Position numbers and translations under genes: made by a program. The notes under the pieces are model-generated. The model was not told the DNA's origin, did not search any database, and saw only the letters and a list, made by a program, of their open reading frames with translations. Below, piece after piece: positions 38,569 to 48,997 of a stretch of DNA of 64,000 nucleotides. This DNA comes from a virus (lineage: Duplodnaviria > Caudoviricetes), in the IMG/VR virus record IMGVR_UViG_3300025073_000608, positions 1 to 64,000 of that record; one strand, written 5' to 3'. Each line of letters begins with the position of its first letter. Positions within the stretch are counted from its first letter, which is position 1.

Positions 38569-39403
38569 ATTATCTGAAATTCAGCAGTTAAGATTAATTT
38601 ATAAAGAAATTATTGACGGTTACAGTTTTTTAGACCCAATTTCCGCTTATATTAAGCATCTATCTGAACCAGATAACATTTCTATTTTAAAGAAAAGGCA
38701 AGATTTTTTTAATTTCTATGTCTCTAATGGAATTCTTCCAGAAAAAGAAAAACTAGAAATAGCCTATTTAACAGAACAGTGGACACCAATAAAAGAAGAA
38801 GAAATAGCTGCTCTTAAATTAAGAATCAAAGATAATAGTAAGATGATAGAATCTATTATCCCTCAACAGCAAGAATTTATTAAAAAAGCCATAGAAAAAG
38901 ACAAATTAGACCTCGCTATTTTACTTTTAGAAAGAGAACAATCTTTAGGATTAACTGCCGAAGAATTAAGCGAGAAGGATTGTTTTAGGTATTTAATTTA
39001 TTTTTGTTTTTTTAAAGACAAAGACTGTTCAATCCCATTTTTTAATTCATGGGAAGAATTTGAATTATTAAGCGAGGAAGAAATTGCAAAATATAGTCAA
39101 CTCTTAGAATCTAATATGGTATTATTCTCTGAATTGAATATCCGTCTTATTTCGGTCATGCCATTTTTTATTAATGCATTCTCATACGCGAAAGAGAATG
39201 TCTTCTTTTTTTTAAATAGACCAATTGCATATTTAACCAATCACCAACTTCTTTTAATTGCTTGTGGCTCAAGAAATTTAAATATAGCCTCTCAAAGTAA
39301 AGGTAATCCCCCAGAACCATCTGATAATCAACCCGTTCAACATATTTTGGATTGGTATGACCAAAATTATAGTATCATGTTAGGTAAGAGAGATACTCGC
39401 TAA
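38555..39403 (+). CDS. putative tail assembly chaperone 2
   Basis: Immediately upstream of TMP; helical. Confidence 0.5.
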   Translation: MSALKLSEIQQLRLIYKEIIDGYSFLDPISAYIKHLSEPDNISILKKRQDFFNFYVSNGILPEKEKLEIAYLTEQWTPIKEEEIAALKLRIKDNSKMIESIIPQQQEFIKKAIEKDKLDLAILLLEREQSLGLTAEELSEKDCFRYLIYFCFFKDKDCSIPFFNSWEEFELLSEEEIAKYSQLLESNMVLFSELNIRLISVMPFFINAFSYAKENVFFFLNRPIAYLTNHQLLLIACGSRNLNIASQSKGNPPEPSDNQPVQHILDWYDQNYSIMLGKRDTR

Positions 39404-39407
39404 ATAA

Positions 39408-39420
39408 GTGTAATATTAAA
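39408..39420 (+). promoter_or_regulatory. GTGTAA-type candidate late promoter
   Basis: GTGTAATATTAAA 29 nt before the TMP ATG. Confidence 0.65.
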
Positions 39421-39436
39421 CATAACGGAAAAAGTT

Positions 39437-42400
39437 ATGGGATATAACATGATGTTAAAGATTGGTACGGAAGTGGATTCTTCCCCGGTAACGAGGTTTA
39501 TGAACGACATGCGTTCTAAATCGGCTGCTCTTGGCGCGTCCCTCTCTAAAAGCGATTTTATACCGGCTCTAGGAAGAATTACTGGTAAAGCTACCGAATT
39601 CCAAAAATCATTAGCGGCTTCTAATGCTCGTGTTATTGCTTTCGGTGCTTCTGCTGGGTCTATTTATGCGTTAAGAACCGCCTTCGTTAAATTAGTAGAA
39701 TCTACCGTTCAAGTAGAAAAAGCCTTATCTAGCATTAATTCTTTACTTAATTTGGGTTCTCGCGACCTACAATCATTTTCTAATAATTTATTTAGAATAG
39801 CTAATCAAACTGGGGTTAGTTTTCAAGATGCGGCCAAAGCTGCTACCGAATTTTCTCGTCAGGGTTTAGGGGTAGAAGAAACCCTTAAAAGAACCAGCGC
39901 AGCTCTTGCTCTTAGTCGTCTTTCGGGTTTAGGATATGAAGAAGCCGTTTCTTCTTTAACTGGTGCTCTAAACAGCTTTACCAAAGAAGCTCTTGACGCC
40001 GAAGATGTTGTTAATAGATTAGCGTCTGTAGATGCTAAATATGCTGTTAGTGCTGGAGATTTAGCTAAAGCCCTAAGCCGAGTAGGTGCCTCTGCGAGCG
40101 ATGCCAATGTTTCTTTTAATGAAACCATTGCCCTAGTTACTGCTGCCCAACAAGTTACTGCTCGTGGTGGTAGCGTCATCGGTAACGCCTTTAAGACCAT
40201 TTTTACTCGTCTACAACGTCCCGAGGTTCTTTTAGACCTTGAAAGTGCGGGAGTAATGGTTCGAAATTTACAGGGAGAAATGCTTCCTCTTATTCAAGTA
40301 TTAAAAAATTTATCTTCTACTTATGATAGTTTAGCGGTTGCCCAAAAATCGTTTGTTGCGGAAATGGTCGGTGGAGTTTATCAAATTAACATTTTGAAAG
40401 CTATTATGGCTGACCTTGGTTCTAATATGAGTATTTTTGGTGGGGCCATGAAAACTGCCGAAGAATCAATTGGTTCAGTGGATGCTCGTTTAAAAATTCT
40501 TAACAATACTATTTCAGCTCAACTTATCAGAACAACGAACGAGCTAGAAAAATCTTTTAATAATATTGGAACTTTATTACTAGGTGGTTCTATGCGTTCT
40601 GGATTAGATGTTTTTAATTCTCTTCTTAGTAAAGTAACGGCATTTACTGATAAAAGTTCAACTGAAGACGAAGGGATTTATCAAAAGATTGAATCTGTCG
40701 GGGCTCAAGGATTACTTAAAGGGGTGGCTACTATTTTAGGTGGGCCAGCAATTCAATTCGCATTATTTGCTATTTTAAAATTATTCGAACGTTTGCAGAA
40801 GTTCGTTATTGACTCTACTAAAGATTTCGTTGGATTAGACCAGAAAGCTAAAGAACGAGAGGCTATAGAACAAACAATCGTTGCATTACTAACTCAAGAA
40901 AAAGATGCTTTAGATAAATTAGTTTCTGGAGAGGAAACGGTATTATCAAAATCTCAGGCGATTTTAGCAACATTACAAAAACAAAATACAGAATTAAAAT
41001 TACGCGCTACTTATGCGAGCGCCATGACTAATATTCTAGCTCCATCTATTAGTATGGGCAAAACGGCTGCTGGAGGATTTGTCCCTAACCTAGCTTTAGA
41101 CCCAGAGCAAGCTGCCGCTAGGTCATTAGGATATTTTGCCGGAAGAACATTGTCTACTCAGGTAAAAGTAGGGAGTTCTTCGTTGAGAGTATTGGCTAAT
41201 GCTAATGAAAGTAAATCAACTGTCATTGGACCTAATGGAATGGCTTATGATTATATTCATCCACCAGAGGGGACTAAAGCTTGGGACTTACATAGAGCTA
41301 ATTCTATAGCGACCAATGGCATAGACCCAAAATTGTTAGCTAGAAGACCCGTAGCTGGGGGTTTTGTTCCTAATTTGGCAATTCCAAAATCAGCCCGAAG
41401 TTTGGGTTCTGGTTCTTATGGGGAGTTTTTTGATTATAGAAAAAATATTGGTGGTTATAGTATTGGCGCAAAAAAATTTAATACATCTTATTTAGATGAT
41501 GGTTCTGTCGATGAAATGATGTTGCATGAATCTGTTTCAAAAGAATATACTACCGGAAAAAAATTAGAAGCTCTAAATAAAGAGGGTTCGTTATTTACTT
41601 ATCCCAAAATATTTGGTGGATTATCGGGGTCAATGAGGGCTGGAAGAGTTGGTAAAGAAGTTCTTCCTGGAAGAAATCTATGGGATGCTTCTAAAAGTTC
41701 TATTCAAAGAAGTAGGCAGTTTGGTCGATATGAAGATTTAATGTCAGCTTTACAATTGTCTGCATTTCGAGAGATGATGAGTGTCGGAGTCCATGCTAAT
41801 GATTTTATTGGTCATCCAGGAAATACTGTTTTTAATGATAGAGCATTAGATATTTTTGATAAAATTAATAAAAATCCTAATAAAGCTGGTAAACTATCCG
41901 ATAGATTAAGAAAGAACCCACGACTTCAGTCTCAAGTGGGAGCGTCAATGGCAAGACAAGGGGCTAGACTTGGTGTTGTAGACCCTGTTTATGCTGGTGG
42001 TTTTATTCCTAATTTAGCTTTTGAAGATAATTTCTTTCAACCGAATGATTTATCTGAAGCCGCAAAACAATTCTTACCTGGACCTCAATATGATTTATTC
42101 ATGAAAAGAGCCCAGAAAAAAGGGCTAATTCCAAAAAGCAAAGAAGATTTAAGAAAATGGCTAGGTGGTGTCGCCGTGGGCAAAACTGGATTTGAAGGAT
42201 TTTCCTCAGAATCGGCAGACGCTTTCGCAAGTATCATGACCCGAAGTAATATAGCTGGAGAAAGAATGGCCAAACAGTCAGCTATTAATACTAAAATTAA
42301 TCCTGCCGATGCCCAAGAAATGCTCTCTTGGCTAGCACCGCAATTTCCCATGATTGCTGCCTATGCCCAATCTAGTAATGTTAAACCTTTTAAGAATTAT

Positions 42401-45400
42401 TCCTATGTAACCCCATTTCAAGCTGGAGAAAATTCTTTTAGAGTTCCTTTGAAATTTTTATCTCATTCTCAAGGACCAGCTTTATACGAAAAATTAATGG
42501 CAGACGCAAAGACGATGGGTTTTCCTCTTCCGAAAGAATCAATGGGGAGCGTGTTTGGAAATATATTCGATGCCTCAATGAAGAACTTCTTTCAGGAGCG
42601 CGGAGTGCCTGTTGGGGGTAAAAACGCAGCATTAGATATTATGGGATATCATCCTGATATCGCCCAATATATTGGAACAAACGAAAAATTCTCTGGGGCA
42701 GAAATTAAAGCTAGTATCGAAGAGGGTATAACTTCAATGCCTGGAAAGATTTTTAGAACTTTAGTAGGCGATGACGCTGGAAGATTAGTCGGTCCATCTT
42801 CAAAAGTTCCTCCTATTTTGGGGGTTAATACTTTTAATGAAAAAAGAGGTAATATTGGAATTTTAGATAGGGATACTTTTCAATCATCGGCTTCTCGTAG
42901 CACTAACTCTTTTGAATCATTGTTATATGGAGCAATGGCTACTCGTAGACCTTTAATGGTCCAAACTGGACCAATGGGAGCGGGGAAATTGGCGGCGGCT
43001 AAGGGTATGGGTGGTAAAATGATTTTATCCCAAGCCGACTTGGCAGGAGTAGAACAACTCTTATTAAATACTACCTCTCAAGCTGATACTGGAGTTTATG
43101 GATTAGCTTATGGACTTGCGTCTAAGATTAAAGCATTTAGGGGTTCTATTCCTTCTCTTAGAGCCAGAATGATTTCAGAAGGACGAAAAGAAAATCCTAA
43201 TGCTACTATTCACGAGGGAACAATGCAAGAATTTGAGGCTTTATTTGCTCGTTTAGAAAAGGAAATGGGGCCGTTAGGTCGATTATCTTATATGTCTGCT
43301 GCTGGAGGATTTATTTCTCCACTTGGGGAAGCTTTAAGGGCAGAAAATTCCATGACGGGGGGAAGAGGTCGAGTTGGTTCTCATCCCTTATTAGTTTCTC
43401 CATCTAATCCGATGGGTTTAGCTGCTTTTGATTCTAATCAGGGGACTGTTGGTAATGCAATTAATCAACATTCTTCTCGACAAAGTTTAGGACAAATTAA
43501 GCGACAACGAAGTTCTGCGGGAGGATTTATTCCTAATTTAGCAGAAGGAGAAATTTTTGGAACAAATTTAGGTAATTCTGTAATGTTAAGTTTAGTTGGA
43601 TTTGCCTCTCAATTAAATTATTCTCGGGATATCATGTCTAAGGTAAATAGCAAATATGGATTCTTTTTAAATTCTCACGATAAAGAATTGCAAAAAATGA
43701 ATCTCGTCACCCAAGAATATTCCAGATTACATAAATCCTTATTAAAACAAGAAACTGCACAAGTGTTCTTTACTTCTTCGTTAGATAAAAGTGCTGAAAA
43801 AGTTAGATTTACATCTCCAAAAGAAATGGAAGATAAATTTGGGGCATCCATTCAAGGATATTCTGAGGCTTTAAATAAAGAAAAATCAAGACTAGAAACA
43901 TCAAAACAATCAACTTTTAAAGCAGGACTTTTCACTAGTTTCGGTGGAGCTATGCTTGGGGGAATGGCATCTTCTATCGCGGGAAAATTTAGTCCTACTG
44001 CTGGGGCAGCTTTTGATAATTTAACTACTGCTGCCACTAATGCTGGACAGGCACTAGTGACATTTCCAAATAGAATAGGCAAAACAATTGCTGGCGGTAT
44101 TGCTGGGGCAGGAATAACACAGTCTTTAGATACCTGGATGAAAGGATTAGAGGGTTCTCGTTTTCAATTAGAGTTACAAACATCTAAAACTCAAAAATTT
44201 ATATCAAAACTTGATGCTCTTACCAGAACATTAGGAGAATATGATACTCTTGTTCATGATTCTGCTGTTCCTCTTCGGGTTTTAAATCAAGAAACAGTTA
44301 AATATATTAATCTTCTTTCCGAACTTAAAACTTCATCGGCTACGACTAATGGAGAAGGAAAGGTTTTGGCCGCAAGAATTGAATCGGCACCTACAAGTGC
44401 CGCAAAAATAGGACTATTACAAGAAGCAAGAGCCCTTAAGGAAAAAGAATTAGAAAAAGCTCAACTTGGACAATTAATTATGGAGTTGTCGGGAAAAAGG
44501 TCTGGATTAGGAATGAGTAGCGGAACCTTTAGTTATAATTCGGAATTAGAAAAAAGTTCTGTAGAACAAAATATCTCGTCTATCGCTGGGGGTATTGTTA
44601 ATCAATTATCTGAAGAGGTTAAAACTTCATTAAAAAATAACGTTACACAAGCGGGAACTTTTAGAAATATTTTAAATAACGATAAGACATCTAGTTCTTT
44701 TATAAATTCTATAGGAGAAAGAGGAAAAGGAGAACAAGATATTCAGGTTATTGTTCAAAAAATGAGGAATATCATGGCTCAACAACAGATGTCCTCATTG
44801 CCTGAAGCTGTTTCCGCACGAGAAACTCTTACTCAACAGAATTCTGTCCGACAACAAAGACTAGAAATGGTTACTCAACGAGAGCAATCACTTAGAAGAT
44901 TATATATTAATCAGGGGTCGTTTGCTACAGATAATGCGTTGGGATTAAGGGGTCTTGCAGCAAAACAATCATATGGAAAAACCACTTTAGAGGCCGAAAA
45001 GACTAACGCCCTTATGCCATTATTGCAACAACAATTTGGGGAAAGGTCTATAAGAAGTTTAAGAACCTCTATGGAACTTAACCAGGTTTCTAATGAGGGA
45101 CAATTTAAAGAGGGAGAAATAGCTAGAGACGTTCAGGGCTCTTTAAAAAATATTTATGTTCAATCTTTCGATAGCATGGCTAAAAATCTTACCGCAACTC
45201 AATTGGGCGCTAAAGGATTACAATCTACTATTAATCCTAGTTCTCAAGTGCTAATTGAAGGACTCAATACTGGTTTAGCTAAAGTATTGGGCCAAGGAAA
45301 TATTTTAAAAGACTTTAAGACTCCAACTGGTGGGTTTAATTTTGAAGCTTTTGAAAAAATGGTCGCTGCTTCTTCTGGCACATCTATTGGTGACCAATCA

Positions 45401-47293
45401 AAAATACAAAAATACATGGAATCGAATAGGTCACCAGAAGTATTAAAAGCTATTCAACAGGGAGTATTTTTAACAGCTAATAACACCCTAGATACCGCTG
45501 AAAAATCAGACAAAATCGTGGCCGGATTTGAAGCTTTTAGACAAGAAATGAATTTCAAACAGTTAGCAAATTTCATGGGCGGAATGAAAAATTTCATGGA
45601 TAGAGATTCTCGTCGCACTTTTAGACAAGATATCGTGCGCGGGCTCTCTCTCATGGAAAAGGGAACTAATCCAGAAATTAAAGGCCAAGGGGCAATGTTA
45701 TTTTTAAATAAAATGAAGGAAAGTAATGTTGCTATTGATTTAAGTGGCAAAAATCCTCTTTCTAAATTAATGTCAAGAGCTTTTTCTACAGCCCAATCGG
45801 GAATATCGTTTTCTCAAGATAAGTCATTTAATGAAATGTCGGGGATGTTACAACGACTTGGTTTATCTAAAGAAACAGTGAGCGGTTTTAAAGGATATAA
45901 ACAGGCAGGCTCAGAGATGTCTGCTTTAGCTTCATTACAGCTCCAACTACAACCAGAAAACGCAAAAATGTTACAGGCTGGAGATAAAGATATTTCGACT
46001 ATCCCAAAACAACTTAATGAAGCATTTTCCCAAACCTCTAAAGAAATTAAGGGATTTGGAGAATCTTTAGTTACCACAGGTAAGCAAGTAAAATCCGCTT
46101 TACAAGATATTACGGATGTCAGAAAACTAAATGCTGCTTCTGAAGCAACCGATTTAAAACGTTTTACTGATGTTATGGAAAAGATTGCTAAACGTTTTGA
46201 GGGGGCGACACAGGAACCAGAGCTTAAAAAACAATGGAACATCGCTGGTTCCTTACCAAGTGTTGGTGGGGCTGTGGCTGGAGCAGCCATTACTGGGGCC
46301 ATACAATTATTTGCCTATAATAGATTAGGAAAACTATTAGCTCAACAAGCAGCTTATAAACCTCAAGCACAATATTCTTCTTCTAAATATTATCCAGTTA
46401 ATTTTGATGATGATGTTGGTGTTCCTAGAGGCCAAGGTCCATATCGTCCTTATAATCCTGTTAGTCGTCCAGGAACACCTATATTTATGCCGGGGGTCGG
46501 TGGAGAAGAAGCTAGAAGGAAAATGTCATTTTTCCAAAATATGAAAAATAGGGCGGGAAAGATGAATTGGAAAGGAATAGGAAAAGGAGGAATGATAGCT
46601 TCGGCAATGATGCTTCCTATGATGTTACAAGCAGGAGAAGAATCAGGGGGAACTTCAGCTCTTGGAACTGCCGCTTCTTACGGAGGATTAGCTTCTATGG
46701 GAATGGCTGCTGCTAATATTGGGTCGAAATTTGCTGGTCCGGTTGGACTAGGAACCTCTGTGGCTTATGGAAGTTTCTCTGCCGGTCAAGCCCTTTATAA
46801 ATCAAGAATGGGAGATGTAAATCTTAGTAGTCGAGGGTTTGAAATCGAGCAATATGTTCAATCTAGATTGATGAAGGGGGACAGTAACGAAAAAATGACC
46901 CAATATTTAGACAAACTTATTAAAACTAATGATGAAAGCGCAAAATCACTAGATGGATGGCAAAAAGCATTTAGTCCTACAGCAAATGGACAATTGGGAA
47001 GTTTACAATCATCTACTCAAGAATTAAAGGCTATCCGAGCTAATTTAGACGTTATTAAACAAAATGGAGAACAACAAAAAGCCTTAGAAAACGCTGCTAA
47101 AACTGGAGAACCAGCCACAGTTAACTCTAATATGAAAGTCGAGATTTCATTAAAAGACGCCGCTAATGTTCCAGACATGATTATGAAAACATTTATTGAG
47201 CCATTAAAGGCTAAATTAGCTGAGTTACAAGCTCAAGTTGTTAATCTTCAATCAATAAATAATGTTACCGTAGCTCCCGCTGCCATAGAATAA
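39437..47293 (+). CDS. tape measure protein with inserted cargo domains
   Basis: N-terminal TP901-type TMP core (EFSRQGL, AVSAGDLAKAL, GSVIGNAFKTIFTRL); Ala/Gly-rich hydrophobic segments; 2618 aa. Confidence 0.92.
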   Translation: MGYNMMLKIGTEVDSSPVTRFMNDMRSKSAALGASLSKSDFIPALGRITGKATEFQKSLAASNARVIAFGASAGSIYALRTAFVKLVESTVQVEKALSSINSLLNLGSRDLQSFSNNLFRIANQTGVSFQDAAKAATEFSRQGLGVEETLKRTSAALALSRLSGLGYEEAVSSLTGALNSFTKEALDAEDVVNRLASVDAKYAVSAGDLAKALSRVGASASDANVSFNETIALVTAAQQVTARGGSVIGNAFKTIFTRLQRPEVLLDLESAGVMVRNLQGEMLPLIQVLKNLSSTYDSLAVAQKSFVAEMVGGVYQINILKAIMADLGSNMSIFGGAMKTAEESIGSVDARLKILNNTISAQLIRTTNELEKSFNNIGTLLLGGSMRSGLDVFNSLLSKVTAFTDKSSTEDEGIYQKIESVGAQGLLKGVATILGGPAIQFALFAILKLFERLQKFVIDSTKDFVGLDQKAKEREAIEQTIVALLTQEKDALDKLVSGEETVLSKSQAILATLQKQNTELKLRATYASAMTNILAPSISMGKTAAGGFVPNLALDPEQAAARSLGYFAGRTLSTQVKVGSSSLRVLANANESKSTVIGPNGMAYDYIHPPEGTKAWDLHRANSIATNGIDPKLLARRPVAGGFVPNLAIPKSARSLGSGSYGEFFDYRKNIGGYSIGAKKFNTSYLDDGSVDEMMLHESVSKEYTTGKKLEALNKEGSLFTYPKIFGGLSGSMRAGRVGKEVLPGRNLWDASKSSIQRSRQFGRYEDLMSALQLSAFREMMSVGVHANDFIGHPGNTVFNDRALDIFDKINKNPNKAGKLSDRLRKNPRLQSQVGASMARQGARLGVVDPVYAGGFIPNLAFEDNFFQPNDLSEAAKQFLPGPQYDLFMKRAQKKGLIPKSKEDLRKWLGGVAVGKTGFEGFSSESADAFASIMTRSNIAGERMAKQSAINTKINPADAQEMLSWLAPQFPMIAAYAQSSNVKPFKNYSYVTPFQAGENSFRVPLKFLSHSQGPALYEKLMADAKTMGFPLPKESMGSVFGNIFDASMKNFFQERGVPVGGKNAALDIMGYHPDIAQYIGTNEKFSGAEIKASIEEGITSMPGKIFRTLVGDDAGRLVGPSSKVPPILGVNTFNEKRGNIGILDRDTFQSSASRSTNSFESLLYGAMATRRPLMVQTGPMGAGKLAAAKGMGGKMILSQADLAGVEQLLLNTTSQADTGVYGLAYGLASKIKAFRGSIPSLRARMISEGRKENPNATIHEGTMQEFEALFARLEKEMGPLGRLSYMSAAGGFISPLGEALRAENSMTGGRGRVGSHPLLVSPSNPMGLAAFDSNQGTVGNAINQHSSRQSLGQIKRQRSSAGGFIPNLAEGEIFGTNLGNSVMLSLVGFASQLNYSRDIMSKVNSKYGFFLNSHDKELQKMNLVTQEYSRLHKSLLKQETAQVFFTSSLDKSAEKVRFTSPKEMEDKFGASIQGYSEALNKEKSRLETSKQSTFKAGLFTSFGGAMLGGMASSIAGKFSPTAGAAFDNLTTAATNAGQALVTFPNRIGKTIAGGIAGAGITQSLDTWMKGLEGSRFQLELQTSKTQKFISKLDALTRTLGEYDTLVHDSAVPLRVLNQETVKYINLLSELKTSSATTNGEGKVLAARIESAPTSAAKIGLLQEARALKEKELEKAQLGQLIMELSGKRSGLGMSSGTFSYNSELEKSSVEQNISSIAGGIVNQLSEEVKTSLKNNVTQAGTFRNILNNDKTSSSFINSIGERGKGEQDIQVIVQKMRNIMAQQQMSSLPEAVSARETLTQQNSVRQQRLEMVTQREQSLRRLYINQGSFATDNALGLRGLAAKQSYGKTTLEAEKTNALMPLLQQQFGERSIRSLRTSMELNQVSNEGQFKEGEIARDVQGSLKNIYVQSFDSMAKNLTATQLGAKGLQSTINPSSQVLIEGLNTGLAKVLGQGNILKDFKTPTGGFNFEAFEKMVAASSGTSIGDQSKIQKYMESNRSPEVLKAIQQGVFLTANNTLDTAEKSDKIVAGFEAFRQEMNFKQLANFMGGMKNFMDRDSRRTFRQDIVRGLSLMEKGTNPEIKGQGAMLFLNKMKESNVAIDLSGKNPLSKLMSRAFSTAQSGISFSQDKSFNEMSGMLQRLGLSKETVSGFKGYKQAGSEMSALASLQLQLQPENAKMLQAGDKDISTIPKQLNEAFSQTSKEIKGFGESLVTTGKQVKSALQDITDVRKLNAASEATDLKRFTDVMEKIAKRFEGATQEPELKKQWNIAGSLPSVGGAVAGAAITGAIQLFAYNRLGKLLAQQAAYKPQAQYSSSKYYPVNFDDDVGVPRGQGPYRPYNPVSRPGTPIFMPGVGGEEARRKMSFFQNMKNRAGKMNWKGIGKGGMIASAMMLPMMLQAGEESGGTSALGTAASYGGLASMGMAAANIGSKFAGPVGLGTSVAYGSFSAGQALYKSRMGDVNLSSRGFEIEQYVQSRLMKGDSNEKMTQYLDKLIKTNDESAKSLDGWQKAFSPTANGQLGSLQSSTQELKAIRANLDVIKQNGEQQKALENAAKTGEPATVNSNMKVEISLKDAANVPDMIMKTFIEPLKAKLAELQAQVVNLQSINNVTVAPAAIE
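41069..43543 (+). repeat. five dispersed AGGF(V/I)PNLA-type peptide repeats in TMP
   Basis: 41069-41095, 41354-41380, 41993-42019, 43301-43324 (degenerate AGGFISPL) and 43517-43543. Confidence 0.9.
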
Positions 47294-47295
47294 AT

Positions 47296-48996
47296 ATGCC
47301 AATTAACCTATCAGGAATTACAACAGGACTACTAGGTTATACTCTTAAAAAAGAACTTTTAGGAGACTCTACATTTTGGCGAGAAACACAAATATTTGAC
47401 TACGAATTACTTTCATTAAATCTTACTGGTGGAAATTTTAATTCTTCGGCAGTTCATTCATATTTTCTTAATGATTTTAAAAATAGATTTTCTGGAGATA
47501 TAAGTGTTAAAGTTCTTCAAACCCAAGCTGATTATTCTTTTCCCAGCGATTCTTTACGAGGACTAAAGTATAATGTCCAAATAGAGGTTAAAACGTCTCC
47601 ATTGTCAGTAGGACAAACCCAACCAGAATTAAGTGGAGCTTTTTATACTGGAGTAAATCCCTCTTTCTTTACCCAATATTCTTCTGGACTTAACGACTTT
47701 AAAGAAGAGTTTTCGTTAGAGCGAAGCGAAGCTGGCATTAAAAGTTTTCTCCATAATGTCTCTTTTGGATTAGCGACCGGAAATAGAACCGCGGCTTTAA
47801 CGATTGCCTCTGGAATTTTTAGCGTTGATTATTATTCTAATTTAGGGTCGATAGGTGTTTCTGGTGGAGAATCTTTGGGGGATACTGGATATTTTAGAGA
47901 TTATTATAGTGAAACATTTGATACTTTTAGACATACCTATAGTTTTAGCAAACGAAGAGAAGTTTTTCCTTTTTCTGGGTCGCAAGCGGCATCTCCTCGT
48001 TCGTATAATCTAAAACATAAATTAGAATTAAGAGATAATGGTATTATTGACGTGGTAGAATCCTCTAATATTAAAGGATATATGTCTTTTGCTCAATCAA
48101 GAGATGCTTGCAATAGCCTTCTTTCTTCTGCATATTCTAGATGCAATGATGTATATAATAAATTTAAAAATTTTTCGTCGCAATATAATATCACTGATAT
48201 TTTAATAACTGGCGCAAAACGAACGAGCATTACATATAATCATTTGGCAATGACCTCTGATTATGAAATAGAATTTACTAATGATGCTCAGTTTTCAGCT
48301 AGTGGCGTGTCCACGAATGAAACCATGGAAATGAATGTTGACGAAAAAAACCTAATAGACATTAAACATTCTTTTGATTATGTTTTTAATAGAAAATCGC
48401 CCCCACAAGGAAATATTATTTATACTTTGTCTGGGGTTAATATTTCGTCTCCGAAAACAGTAACAGGCTATTATTTAAATAGTCAATTTTATAATGCCGC
48501 TTTACCTATCAAATGGATTCAATCATCATTTTCTTGGCCATCTAAAAAAAATAAGGCTACGGCCACATTCCAATATTCTAATCATCCAAGATTTTTTGTT
48601 ACGATTAATAATGTATTTTTCTATTTTTTAGATACAAAAGTTCAGGACACTCGACCAGTAGATATAGTTACAGAATATAAAGTGGTCAATAGACCATCAA
48701 AGTTAAGTGTCATTAATTATGCTTATCAAACACAAAGAGGACAAATTCAAATAACCTTAGACGGTGGAGCGGGATATAATCCTAATGAATTTTTGACGAC
48801 ATTTAGAAGTAATACGTCTACATATTTAACGGCCTTATATAGACATGGAATAGAATTATTTATGAAACAATTTGTTAATATAATTCCCATAGCTTTTACT
48901 TATCAATTATCTGACATAAAATATACAATTAATTCAGAGGGGATTATTCAATTGGTTATGACCGTTGATTATACAGTAAAGAAATATACATCTTAA
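47296..48996 (+). CDS. tail tip / distal tail-like protein
   Basis: Directly follows TMP; beta-rich. Confidence 0.5.
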   Translation: MPINLSGITTGLLGYTLKKELLGDSTFWRETQIFDYELLSLNLTGGNFNSSAVHSYFLNDFKNRFSGDISVKVLQTQADYSFPSDSLRGLKYNVQIEVKTSPLSVGQTQPELSGAFYTGVNPSFFTQYSSGLNDFKEEFSLERSEAGIKSFLHNVSFGLATGNRTAALTIASGIFSVDYYSNLGSIGVSGGESLGDTGYFRDYYSETFDTFRHTYSFSKRREVFPFSGSQAASPRSYNLKHKLELRDNGIIDVVESSNIKGYMSFAQSRDACNSLLSSAYSRCNDVYNKFKNFSSQYNITDILITGAKRTSITYNHLAMTSDYEIEFTNDAQFSASGVSTNETMEMNVDEKNLIDIKHSFDYVFNRKSPPQGNIIYTLSGVNISSPKTVTGYYLNSQFYNAALPIKWIQSSFSWPSKKNKATATFQYSNHPRFFVTINNVFFYFLDTKVQDTRPVDIVTEYKVVNRPSKLSVINYAYQTQRGQIQITLDGGAGYNPNEFLTTFRSNTSTYLTALYRHGIELFMKQFVNIIPIAFTYQLSDIKYTINSEGIIQLVMTVDYTVKKYTS

Positions 48997-48997
48997 T

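Noticed and set aside
36349-39436. Contractile tail sheath / myovirus or contractile injection system
   Set aside because: No sheath-sized gene next to the tube and no recognisable baseplate wedge (gpJ/gp25-like) genes
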